Assembly: GCA_963804955.1 (NCBI GenBank)
Contig: CAWDSQ010000005.1
Coordinates: forward strand, 96,001-160,000
DNA length: 64,000 nt
Origin: an uncultured delta proteobacterium
GTDB taxonomy: Bacteria; Desulfobacterota; WTBG01; CAIYCZ01; CAIRTM01
Direction of reading: 5' to 3'
The notes beneath the pieces are model-generated. The model had not been told where the DNA came from and ran no database searches. It worked only from the letters and a program-made list of their open reading frames with translations. Both the position numbers and the translations under genes were made by a program. Every line of letters starts with the position of its first letter. The stretch's first letter is position 1. Of the stretch, positions 1-9,572 are shown piece by piece.

Positions 1-1745
1 CTGTTCCTGCTGTATTTCCGGTCAAAGCGGGGCATGCTGGTGCCCATTATCGCCGCGGCTGTCAGCGCCGTGTGGGGCCTGGGGATATTAAGCCTTGAAA
101 AATTCAACCTCGATCCCCTTGCCATGGTGCTGCCGTTTTTGATTTCGGCCATGGCAGCCTCCCATTCCGCGCAGGTCATCAAGCGGTTCATGGAAGATGC
201 CGGGGAGCTGCAGGATTCAAAAAAGGCGGCAAAAAGCGTCATCCGGCAACTGTTCATGCCGGCCCTGTCCTCGATCATCACCGATGCCGGCGGCATCATC
301 GTTATCGCCCTTGTCCCGATCCCCATACTGAATAAAATATGCATCGCCTGCGGCTACTGGGCTTTTGTCACCGTTGTCATCGACATGATACTGGTGCCGA
401 TACTGCTGTCCTATATGCCGGTGCGGGCCTTGCAGCTCAAGCAGGGTCTGCTTGACCGGGCCCTGCTACGGCTCGGGCAGGTGGATGGCCGGCTGGGGCA
501 AATGGCCCATACTTGCCGTGTCCGCCTTTCTGCTCGTGTGGGGCGCCATGGTGTCAAGCAAGCTTACCATCGGCAACAATGTGCCGGGATCTGAGATATT
601 CTGGCCCTGGCATCGCTACAATGTCGACTCCTTTCGCATCACCTTTGCCATGCCCCTTCTGAACCCGCTGTACATTATCGTCGAGAGCGACCGGCAGCAG
701 GGCATCGCCAATCCCACGGTGCTGCGCGATGTCACCGCGTTTATCCGCCATATGTCCATGACGCCCGATATGCGCGTCATGTTCACGCTGTCCATTCTCG
801 GGCAGATACCCGGCCGCAACCAGAACGTCAACGACAATGACCCGAACTGGCGCTTCACCCCCAGCGAAGACAATCAGCTGATGCTTCTGTACCGGACGGT
901 TATAGATCAGGGCGGCCCGGGCGCCTGGGACATGTATATCGACAATGAGGACATGGTTGCCAATATCATGATATTCTGCCGCGATAAAACCGAGGAGACG
1001 ATCAGCACGGTCATGGGCAGGGTAAAGGAGTTTCATCAGGAATGAATCCGTCTTCGGGTTCAGGGCCGAGGATGTGAAGCGCGAGGGCTTTGACAAGTTC
1101 GTGTACTGGATCGACAGCCTGGTCAGAAAGCCCGAGCCGCCCCTGCCTGACAAGCCGCCGCTGCCCGATACGCCGGTTGTTCATTACCGCCTGGCAGGCG
1201 GCGCCGTGGGCGTGCAGGCAGCCATCAACGAGTGCCTGTACATGTATCAGTTCTGGACATTCGCCCTTGCCGTGCTCATTGTCATAGTCTGCGTCTGGGT
1301 ATCATTTAAATCTTTTATCGCGGCTGTGCTTATCACCATACCGCTGCTTATTTCAAATTACCTTGCCCTGTCATTCATGGTGCTCATGAATCCGCCGCTG
1401 CCGCTGACGACCGCCACGCTGCCGGTTTCATCAATCGGCATCGGCCTCGGGGTTGACTACGGCATTTACCTGGTGAGCAGGATCAGGGAAGAATACGGGA
1501 TCTCGGGCAGGCTCGATGAAGCGATCTGCACTGCTCTGGGCACGACCGGCAAGGCGATTGTTTTTATCGCCACCACGCTGACCGTGGGCATCATTTTCTG
1601 GGTCATGTCAAAGATGATGTTTCAGGCCCTCATGGGCATGCTGCTGGCAATCATTCTGATATTCAACATGCTGGGCGCGCTGTTTATCGTGCCGAGCCTG
1701 CTGCTGGTGTTTAAGCCGAAGTTTATAACCCGGGCTGCTAAATAG
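1..1745 (+). CDS. MMPL/RND-family transporter, 3' part (starts upstream of window; 2 frameshifts)
   Basis: ORFs 34-594, 452-1045 and 1074-1745 join across shifts near 478 and 1031; many TM helices; RND/MMPL motif SIGIGLGVDYGIYLVSRIREE, then ALGTTGKAI. Confidence 0.85.
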
Positions 1746-1768
1746 AGCCTTGAACGAAAGATCTTTTT

Positions 1769-1828
1769 TGTAGTTGGGTTAAGCCCGGAAGAAATCATTG
1801 TGTTTCGTTCCTGCAACCCAACCTGCGC
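1769..1828. repeat. GTAG-type REP-like imperfect palindrome
   Basis: tgtagttgggtt...aacccaacctgcg arms in an intergenic gap. Confidence 0.5.
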
Positions 1829-1899
1829 AGAAACAAAGGCTTACGGAAGAAGTACGAGGATAAGGACGAACCCAACAAAATTAAAAGGGAGAGACACGC

Positions 1900-2446
1900 A
1901 TGGGCCGTACAACTGTTTCCGCCATGGAAAAAGCCTATGACAAACAACTGGAAGAGGATTACGTAAACAGGGCCAAGGGCCGCGTAACCCGGCTGACAAA
2001 CGATGCACTGAAGGAGAAAATCAGGACATTTTTAAAAAATCACAGGATCTGCACGCTGGCGACCTGTTCGCAGGGCATACCCCGCTCAACGCCGGTGCGC
2101 TACCGGAGCAAGGATTTCACCATCTATGTATTTACGGAAGGGGGCGGGAAGGTGCAAAACATTCTGGACAACCCGAATGTTTCGGTGAGCCTCTATGGAA
2201 ACTATTCCGGCTTTCAGTCGGTTGCCGGGCCTGCAGCTGTGGGGAAAAGCGGAAATCATCAGGCCCGATGATAAAAAACGATACGAGGAGGCAAAAAAAA
2301 TTATCAGGATGGAAGAGCGGGCGGACTTGAAAAAAATTGATCTCCAGGGCATGAAGCCCATGGATGTTATTAAGATCAAGGTGAAAAGGGCGCGCTACCT
2401 GAACTTTCCCGAAGGAATACTGAATCAGGCGGTAACCATAAAATAA
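1900..2446 (+). CDS. pyridoxamine 5'-phosphate oxidase-like (split-barrel, FMN/heme-binding) protein, frameshift near 2225
   Basis: CTLATC..GIPRSTPV, KVQNILDNPNVSVS, continuing in the other frame as GLQLWGKAEII. Confidence 0.8.
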
Positions 2447-2492
2447 TTGCAGGGGCTCAAAATTGCAGGGGCTCAAAATTTTGAGCCCCTAC
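2445..2492. repeat. REP palindrome with 16-bp tandem duplication
   Basis: aattgcaggggctcaa twice, then aattttgagcccctac. Confidence 0.7.
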
Positions 2493-2528
2493 GGTAACGA
2501 TTTATAAACAAGCAAACAGGAGTCAGAC

Positions 2529-3210
2529 ATGGCAGAAGAAAAATTAGTAGTTGTTGCAGGCGCTACGGGCAGGGCAGGCAGGCTGGTGGTGCAGGAGCTT
2601 TTAAAGCGGGGCTACAAGGTCAGGGCGCTTATGGTGCCGCCGTTTGACTCGCCGGCAACCTCGCGGCCTCACGGGCGTTGAGTTTGCCGAGGGCGATCTC
2701 ACCTCTGTGCAGGTTCTTGAGAAGGCCATGGAAGGCGCTCAGTACGTGATCAGCGCCATCGGCTCGAAAAAGCCCTTCAGCGGGTCGGAAAACGACAAGA
2801 TCGACAATATGGGCAATCAGAACCTGGCACGGGCCGCCAAGGCAAAGGGCCTGAAGCAGATCGTGGTCATTTCATCCGTCGGCGCGGGCAACAGCCGCGA
2901 TGCCGTATCGTGCATGTACAGATGGCCCATGATGTCCGTGCTGAAGGCCAAGGGAAAGAGCGAAGCTTTCATTCAGTCCTGCGGCATTGATTACACGATC
3001 ATCCGGCCGGGCGGGTACACGGAAGATGATATTCCCGATGAAATAGCCTTCGGCGAGGGCGGCAAAATCACGGGCCGCGTGAAGCGAGCGCAGATAGCCC
3101 GCGTATGCGTAGATGCTCTTGAGAACCCGGCCATGAAGAACCGCACCTTCGAGGTCGTTGCCCGCGCAATGGTCAAAGAGGGCAGGGAGCAGTTTGTTAT
3201 AAAATTATAA
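2529..3210 (+). CDS. atypical SDR / NAD(P)H-binding oxidoreductase (ChuY/BVR-B-like), frameshift near 2655
   Basis: RBS AGGAG, ATG 2529 gives MAEEKLVVVAGATGRAG (Rossmann GxxGxxG); downstream frame has ISSVGAGNS, AKGKSE, DYTIIRPGG, RAQIA. Confidence 0.85.
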
Positions 3211-3221
3211 TGGATCAAAAG

Positions 3222-3252
3222 GTAGGGGCTCAAAATTTCGCCAGCCCCTGAC
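3222..3252. repeat. degenerate copy of the gtaggggctcaaaattt REP
   Basis: gtaggggctcaaaattt...agcccctgac matches the element at 2445-2492. Confidence 0.6.
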
Positions 3253-3318
3253 GGGTAAACATCTGAAAAACAAATACGGCGGACGACAGCCCATTTTCCT
3301 ACATAGAAGGAGAATGCA

Positions 3319-4042
3319 ATGGCAGAAGAATACGGGTTCCCCCCCTATGGTGAAGAAATGCTCAAAGTGCTTGAAAAGTTCGGCGGCACGAAAATGGAGA
3401 CCTATAAGGGCAAGGACATTCGGCCCCTGTGGGACCTTAAAGGGCGGGCCGATTCTGTGGAGCTACAAGTATCTCTACTCGGCACCGAAGCTTGAGAAAA
3501 TCGCCATCACGGTGCAGTCGTTCAAGGACAAGCTCATGTGCTACACCACCATCATCTGGCCCGATGACCGGCATGCCCTGCCGGTATTCTCCGCATTCTG
3601 GGCGGAAAGCGAGAAGGGCAGCTACTTCATTCTTGATTTCTACCCCACGGCCGACACTATCTGCGATATTCCGTATATGGAGAAGTATCTTGATCCTCTG
3701 GAAGATCTATGGCTGGAGGGCAAAAAGCATTATCCCGATGTTTCCACCCGTGACCCCAACTGGTTTCGGGTCATGATATCGCCCTATTATATCAATGCCG
3801 ACTTTCACCCCAGCAACAAGCAGCATCAGGACCGCCTGCTGAAGCTGGTGCTTGACTATCTCAACGTGTACCACAGCCTGTGGGAGAAGGATGAGCCGCG
3901 TGACCCGGCCTATATGCAGTACCTGATCAAGCGGCGGGAGGCCATGCGGTGGAACATGAAAGAGAAAGACCCCGGCGGCATTATGATGGAGCATGCCGTG
4001 GGCCATGAGCTTGCAGATCTCGGGCTCGAGGCGCTGTTTTAA
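3319..4042 (+). CDS. ferredoxin-dependent bilin reductase (FDBR; HY2/PebA/RCCR superfamily) homolog, frameshift near 3443
   Basis: RBS GAAGGAG, ATG 3319 (MAEEYGFPPY..). Motifs IIWPDDRHALPVF, FILDFYP, ISPY, DYLNVY and C-terminal MKEKDPGGIMMEHAVG..A..LF resemble the FDBR pattern (HY2-type KDPG..VG..LF end); about 240 aa. Confidence 0.7.
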
Positions 4043-4080
4043 TGATAGTCGAGATGTTGAAATTTTTACTAACAACACGG

Positions 4081-4139
4081 CCCCCCCAACCCCCCCTTGC
4101 CTTTAAGGTTCCCTCCTTTGCAAGGCGGGGTTGGGGTGG
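4081..4139. repeat. C-run/G-run REP-like hairpin
   Basis: ccccaaccccccttgc...gcaaggcggggttgggg inverted arms. Confidence 0.55.
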
Positions 4140-4222
4140 CCTGTTGTGCGACCAAGCTATGTTGAGAGATATATTCTCGACTTTTTTCGAGCACGTGTTT
4201 AACAGCTATGGGAGCAGCATAC

Positions 4223-4992
4223 ATGAAGCATACTATCGCGGCACTGGCTGCCGCAGCAGTAGTGATGACAGGGGCAGGCATGGCGTGGGCGTCAGACCGC
4301 CGACTGGAAAGACGGCGGCCCCGCCTATATTTATGTGAATCCCGTCAAGAAATCTCCTTTTCATATGCCTTATGACGAAACTCTCAAGTGCACTCGATTG
4401 TCATAAATGGAACGGTGCTGACGCCTATACGGCCGCGACCATGACGCTCACGAAAAGCGCGAAGGGCCGGCTGTCGCAGCAGGAAATAAAGAAGGCGATT
4501 CTTGAGACCTTGAAGGGCACGGGGGATTACCGGGAAATGTATGTTATGGCAACGTCTTTTAAAGATGAACCCCTGGCAAGTTGCCTTGAGTTTATCCTTG
4601 ACCCCGAAACGCTTACTCTTGTCGCCTCGTCGGAAAAGCAGACCGAAAAGCTGTTCCATATTGCGGCAAACGGCAGGGCATCGCTGGTGTATGTGAAGCA
4701 CCGCGATGACATGAAATATTTTATGGATCCTATCGGCGTGCAGATTACGGGCAAGGCCGTGCAGCTCAAGTATGGCGATCCGGGCTTTGATCAGGCGGCC
4801 GAGCTCTGCCTGCAGACGGCGATGAACCACATGCCCGATGAGATGAAGCAGAAAATGCCCCGCGAGGTAATGCTTGCGAGTATTCAGAAAAACCAGCTCA
4901 TAACGAAAGTGGTCCCCGAGCGCATCGTCATCACCAGCGGCGATTTTATAAAGCAGGGCCTGCACAGAAAACAGATCTGGGTGGCGAAGTAA
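4223..4992 (+). CDS. exported monoheme c-type cytochrome fused to a PNPOx-like split-barrel domain (rebuilt over 2 frameshifts)
   Basis: Signal peptide MKHTIAALAAAAVVMTGAGMAWA from ATG 4223; frame 3 reads DWKDGGP..DETLKC; TGC-ACTC-GAT-TGT-CAT at 4389-4404 gives CxxCH after removing one base; C-terminal EKLFHIAANGRASLV..GVQITGKA is split-barrel-like. Confidence 0.6.
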
Positions 4993-5088
4993 CAGCGGGC
5001 CGGCGACATGGTTTGAAACATGAGAGCCGCGCTGCAGCGGGCCGTCTGCGCGCAGGGGTGTCGGCGATGTAAATCCGGGAGGTACTTC

Positions 5089-6326
5089 ATGGCAGCCCCG
5101 AAGCCTTTTGTGTATTACGCAGCGCACATGGCCGCTGTTGTCCTCATGCTTGCCGGGAGCTGTGCCGTCCTGTCTGCACCCGGCCGAGCAATGGCGCAGG
5201 AATATCCGGTCTCAGTGGTGGAGCCGGGAAAGACCCCGGGCTTTCAACCGCCCGTGCTGTATCTTAACCGCTGCATTGCCAGCCGCCGCCTGCTGCCGAA
5301 GCTTCGCCATAACAGAACCCTGCACGAGCCGTTTCTGATCAACACGGACCCTGACCTCGGCGAGGTCGATGCGCCCATTGATCACCGCTTCATGGTCAAG
5401 ATGATTTTCAGGGAGGTCAAGGCATTCAACCAGTATGCCGACCCCTACGATGACCCTGAGCGGCCGTCACCCGGGTATGCCTGGCAGCTCAAGATATTCC
5501 ATCCCGGTTCAAGCCCCGGCACGCTTCCGGCCGAAGGGGCGCCGTATCCTGTTATCGTTTTCTGCATCGGCGCAAGCGGCTCCATCCCCAGCCTGTATGA
5601 TGCCATGGACTGGCTGGGGAACTACTATGCCCGGCGCGGCTACATTGTCGCCATCCCGGTTTTTATCGGCAATGATGAAGGCCTGACCGGAACGCCGTTT
5701 TACGAAATCACTCCTGACATTTTTTCACTGCAGGTAAGCCAGGCTATCGACTATATTCGCGCTTCATTCGGTGGACAGGCGTGTCGATACCGGGCAGGTG
5801 ACGCTCATCGGCCATTCCTTTGGCGGGTATGTGGCCCAGAAGACGGCGGTGCAGGACCACCGCATTGCACGGCTGTGCCTCTTGTCGGCGGTTTTCGGCT
5901 ACTCAGCAGTACTGGCCCGGCTTTCTCATTGATACCGTAGACACCTATGATCTGCTCAATGGGTTTCCAAAAAAGCGCGGGATGGCCCTTCATGTCCAGC
6001 GATTTACCAAGCCTCCGTATGATTTGCCCTGCCCCGACTTTGATCCAGAGTGCGACTGGATTCCGCCGGTGGATGGATTTATTACGCAAGTAGATTTGTC
6101 TGCTGATCCATGGGAGCCGCATCTGTGCAATGGCGGTAACTGCGGTGTGCGTGACGGGACTTTGTATAACTACGCCCTGTATGAAGGGCTGAAGCAGGAT
6201 GGTGTGAAAAACAATAGTATGCTTGACCATTCAGGCCTTGTCACGGCCGGTGCGGAAAATGATGCCGGCAGGCAGTTAATCCTGCAGTATCTTGATGAAT
6301 TTTTTACCCAGTTCCCCGTTGATTGA
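5089..6326 (+). CDS. exported alpha/beta hydrolase (chlorophyllase/PAF-AH/dienelactone hydrolase-like), 2 frameshifts
   Basis: RBS GGAGG; N-terminal hydrophobic signal; PYPVIVF..YYARRGYIVAIP; nucleophile elbow LIGHSFGG at 5804-5827 in a frame the ORF track omits; late DHSG His. Confidence 0.75.
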
Positions 6327-6552
6327 GGCCTTGTCTTTCCCCTTGCGAATAGTTTTGCAGCTGTATTCCCGGGGAGACCACAGGGGCTCTTTCCCCCGTA
6401 AGCAACTCCAATAAAATTCAGCTACAGCACAGAACATCCGGCTCTGCCAGGGTTTAGACAGATACCGGTCATGCAGGGAATCTCTGTAAAAGCCGCCGCA
6501 CTCTTGCCTGATGATATCTCAAGAAACAGCTGAAAATTTTAAAAAGCGGGGC

Positions 6553-6605
6553 TTGACAAAGCATATATAAAAGTATACATGTGTATAGTAAATGTACATA
6601 TACTA
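6553..6605 (+). promoter_or_regulatory. sigma70-like promoter overlapped by two inverted repeats (likely MarR operator)
   Basis: TTGACA 6553-6558; TATACA-tg-TGTATA 6574-6587; TAGTAaATGTACATaTACTA 6586-6605, directly upstream of a MarR gene. Confidence 0.6.
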
Positions 6606-6624
6606 AATTGAGGGGCAGGCGGCT

Positions 6625-7104
6625 ATGCAGGCAAAAAAGAAAAAAACAGACACTGATAAGCTCACCAAAGAGTTGTTTATCAATTTCCAGAAGCTGTTTC
6701 GCTGCATGGATTTCGGCCGTGGGATGCGGAGACCTGTGCCCGTGCTGACCGTTCGGCAGATGCAGGTGCTTTCTTTTTTTAATGAAAGCGATGTTGTGCA
6801 CATATCCGAGGTGAGCCGCAAGCTCAACATGTCGATCCAGAGCGTCAATAATCTGGTGAAGCGAATGGAGGTGCTGGGCTATGTGGAGCGCACGCAGAAC
6901 GAACAGGACAAGCGGCTTTCCGACATCCGGTTTACGCAAAAGGGCCGTGCCGGGTTTGAGATGTTCCGCGCTGCACAGCTCGGCTTCCTGAACCTGCTGC
7001 TGGAGAAGCTTAATGCGGCTGAGCGCCTGCAGGTGCTGCAGGCGGTTGAATCCGCTGCAGAGCTTTTTCAGAAGGCCGTCATAAAGGCAGCAGAGAAGGA
7101 ATAG
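6625..7104 (+). CDS. MarR-family transcriptional regulator
   Basis: LTVRQMQVL..ISEVSRKL..SVNNLVKRMEVLGYVER..DKR..FTQKG winged helix. Confidence 0.92.
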   Translation: MQAKKKKTDTDKLTKELFINFQKLFRCMDFGRGMRRPVPVLTVRQMQVLSFFNESDVVHISEVSRKLNMSIQSVNNLVKRMEVLGYVERTQNEQDKRLSDIRFTQKGRAGFEMFRAAQLGFLNLLLEKLNAAERLQVLQAVESAAELFQKAVIKAAEKE

Positions 7105-7189
7105 AGCGCCGGTCGTGCAGTGATTGCCGGGGCTCGGCCCTACTGGTCGGCTCAGGACTACACCGTTAACCTCTATGGGGAGACAGAAC

Positions 7190-7969
7190 ATGAAAACCAT
7201 GCAGGGCCTTGATTTCTGGACAAAAGCGGCTGTCTGGCTCGAGCTGATGATCCCGGGGTATTTTTTCGGAAAAACCTTCGGCACCTCGGATGCCAAGTAC
7301 CGCGCCCTCGATCAGTTCATGTACCCCGAAGCGTTTATCAAACTGACCGGCATTTTCCGGGACATGCTGCCGCATGATTTTTATTACACGAGCAGATTTC
7401 TGGGCGTTTCTTCAGGCGCCATGATCGGCATTATGTGGGCCCTGCTGCTTGGCGTTTTCTATAAATGGGTCATGAAGGACTGGTCCTATGCCAAGGCAGC
7501 CCGCATCGGCTCTATGGCTTTCATTCTGATTGCCCTGCTGACCGGGTTCATGGCGGATTTTTTTAATGAGAATATCGGCATGTCACTGCGCATGCAGCAG
7601 AAACCGCCGGACGAGATGATCGGCCGCTGCCTGGTTGAGGACTACGGCGGATTTGAAAAAGGCACGAGAATCACCGAGGAGAACGCCCCGATGCTTGCCG
7701 CTTACGGCACGGTGAAAACAACCAACCCGTCAGGGGCCAAGGGCTGGTGGTACGGCTCGATCGCCTTCATGTACACCTGGTTCATTCTTTATTTTCTCTG
7801 CGCCTGGAAGCTCTATGTGCGCAACAAGGTGCCGAAAAAATACTGGTTCAAGCTGCAGATGGTCAACTTCACCTTTCTGCTCATCTATCTGCGCATGGGG
7901 TTCGGCATTTCAGCCTCGGAGTTCCATTTTATAGTCAGCAGGGCACCATTTCTTTTCGGAGGGCACTGA
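7190..7969 (+). CDS. hypothetical integral membrane protein
   Basis: Intact ORF with RBS GGGGAG and several hydrophobic segments; 1 nt from the next gene; family not recognised. Confidence 0.75.
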   Translation: MKTMQGLDFWTKAAVWLELMIPGYFFGKTFGTSDAKYRALDQFMYPEAFIKLTGIFRDMLPHDFYYTSRFLGVSSGAMIGIMWALLLGVFYKWVMKDWSYAKAARIGSMAFILIALLTGFMADFFNENIGMSLRMQQKPPDEMIGRCLVEDYGGFEKGTRITEENAPMLAAYGTVKTTNPSGAKGWWYGSIAFMYTWFILYFLCAWKLYVRNKVPKKYWFKLQMVNFTFLLIYLRMGFGISASEFHFIVSRAPFLFGGH

Positions 7970-7970
7970 T

Positions 7971-9572
7971 ATGAAGCTTGCAATGGGCGCTTTTACCTCG
8001 AAAGACGATTTCATGCGCCATGTGCGCAATATGGCGGGCCTTGGCCTGATTTTGTATGTCTGGGGTATCCTGACCGGCTATGTGCCCAACTGGGTCTGCG
8101 TCATGATCGCCATCGGCGGCATGACCCTGCAGTTTTCCGACTTTTACTGGGGCCGGACCAAGGGAGGCGGGTACTTCTGGATTTACCTCGCAGTGCAGGG
8201 TTTCTCGAACTTCATGCCCTTTCAGTTTCCGGTTGATGCCGAGGCATGGAAGGTCATGACCAACGGCATCATCGCCTGGGAGTTCGGGGGCCAGGGCATG
8301 CCCCTGTTCAAGGGCGCCGGGCTTATCATAGCGCTTCCGGTGGTGCTCTATACAACCTATATAGCTATTCGGCTGGTGAAAACGCCGCCCGATCCGACTG
8401 CGCGTGCCCACCGCACGGTCACAAGCAAGAAATGGCGCATTTTTTTCCAGAGCGTGATGTTCGCCTGGTATCTGGTGCTGTTCGCTTCGGGCATGACGGC
8501 CCGGCCTGTTTCAAACCCCGAGCTGTTTTTCTGGTTTCTCGCGATGCTGCTCGGCTCACTGTTTCTGCCCTTTTTCATCGGCCGGTGGTTCTGCGGCTGG
8601 ATGTGCCCTGTCGGGGTGTTTCAGGACAGCATCTGGCGGTATTACAACTTTAAAGGCCTGATTAAAATATCGGAGAAATTTAAATCCCAGATCAACCGGA
8701 TTTATGTTCCGGCGACAATGGTTTTGTTTATCATCGTCATTTACACCTTTGAGCGTGTATTCCAGCTTGCCTCATCAGCTGAAATGATGCGCGACCCGGA
8801 CTGGACAGCGCTGTGGAAGCCCATGGTCTGGACCAAGGTTCTCACCAACGGCATGTTTATCGGCTCCATGCTGTTTGCCTATCGCATCTACTGCCGGTAT
8901 TTCTGCTGGTATATCGGCTACCGCGTGACGCTGGGGCAGCCGTCGCTGTATCGCGTGCCGTTTATGACCGACCGGTGCCGCATGTGCCCCGACTGCGGGC
9001 CGGAGAAGAACTGCGTGATGGGATTCGAGTTTCAGTCCGTGCCGCAGGGCGAGGAGGAGCTCTCCATACGCTCCATCGGCGAGGTTCCGGCCAACTGCAA
9101 TCTCTGCTACGAGTGCCGCGACCTGTGCCCCCATGGCGTTTTCAAGAAAAAGCTGGAGCGCATCAATGTTATCCCCGAGCGCTGCATAGGCTGCAGGCTT
9201 TGCGAGCTTGCCTGCTCGGGCGGGAGGCTCGGGGTGTTTGATCCAACGCGTTCAAATATTCAGATCGAAATGGAAGGAACGCCCGAGCTGCCGGTGCCGA
9301 AGATACTGGGCACCTGCGACGCCTGCAATGGCGACCCCCGGTGCATAAAGGTGTGCCCTGCCCGCGTCATCACCTGGGACAAGGCCGGGGCGCGCAAAGG
9401 TCTTGAGCCCAGGCGGCCGGGCATGGTGCGGCAGCTTTTTACGAAGCTCAACCCTTTCAGTAAAACACCGCCGCCATGCCCAACGCCCTGTGCGGCATAC
9501 CCTGCAGGGTGTGCGACATGTGAGATCAACACGGCCCGCCAGGCCGCTCAGGTGAAAGGAGATGCAGCATGA
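7971..9572 (+). CDS. membrane 4Fe-4S protein (NapH/MauN-like) fused to a C-terminal AOR-type ferredoxin domain
   Basis: TM helices; GRWFCGWMCPVG and RIYCRYFC; CRMCPDC, CNLCYECRDLCP, CIGCRLCELACS, CDAC..PRCIKVCP. Confidence 0.8.
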   Translation: MKLAMGAFTSKDDFMRHVRNMAGLGLILYVWGILTGYVPNWVCVMIAIGGMTLQFSDFYWGRTKGGGYFWIYLAVQGFSNFMPFQFPVDAEAWKVMTNGIIAWEFGGQGMPLFKGAGLIIALPVVLYTTYIAIRLVKTPPDPTARAHRTVTSKKWRIFFQSVMFAWYLVLFASGMTARPVSNPELFFWFLAMLLGSLFLPFFIGRWFCGWMCPVGVFQDSIWRYYNFKGLIKISEKFKSQINRIYVPATMVLFIIVIYTFERVFQLASSAEMMRDPDWTALWKPMVWTKVLTNGMFIGSMLFAYRIYCRYFCWYIGYRVTLGQPSLYRVPFMTDRCRMCPDCGPEKNCVMGFEFQSVPQGEEELSIRSIGEVPANCNLCYECRDLCPHGVFKKKLERINVIPERCIGCRLCELACSGGRLGVFDPTRSNIQIEMEGTPELPVPKILGTCDACNGDPRCIKVCPARVITWDKAGARKGLEPRRPGMVRQLFTKLNPFSKTPPPCPTPCAAYPAGCATCEINTARQAAQVKGDAA

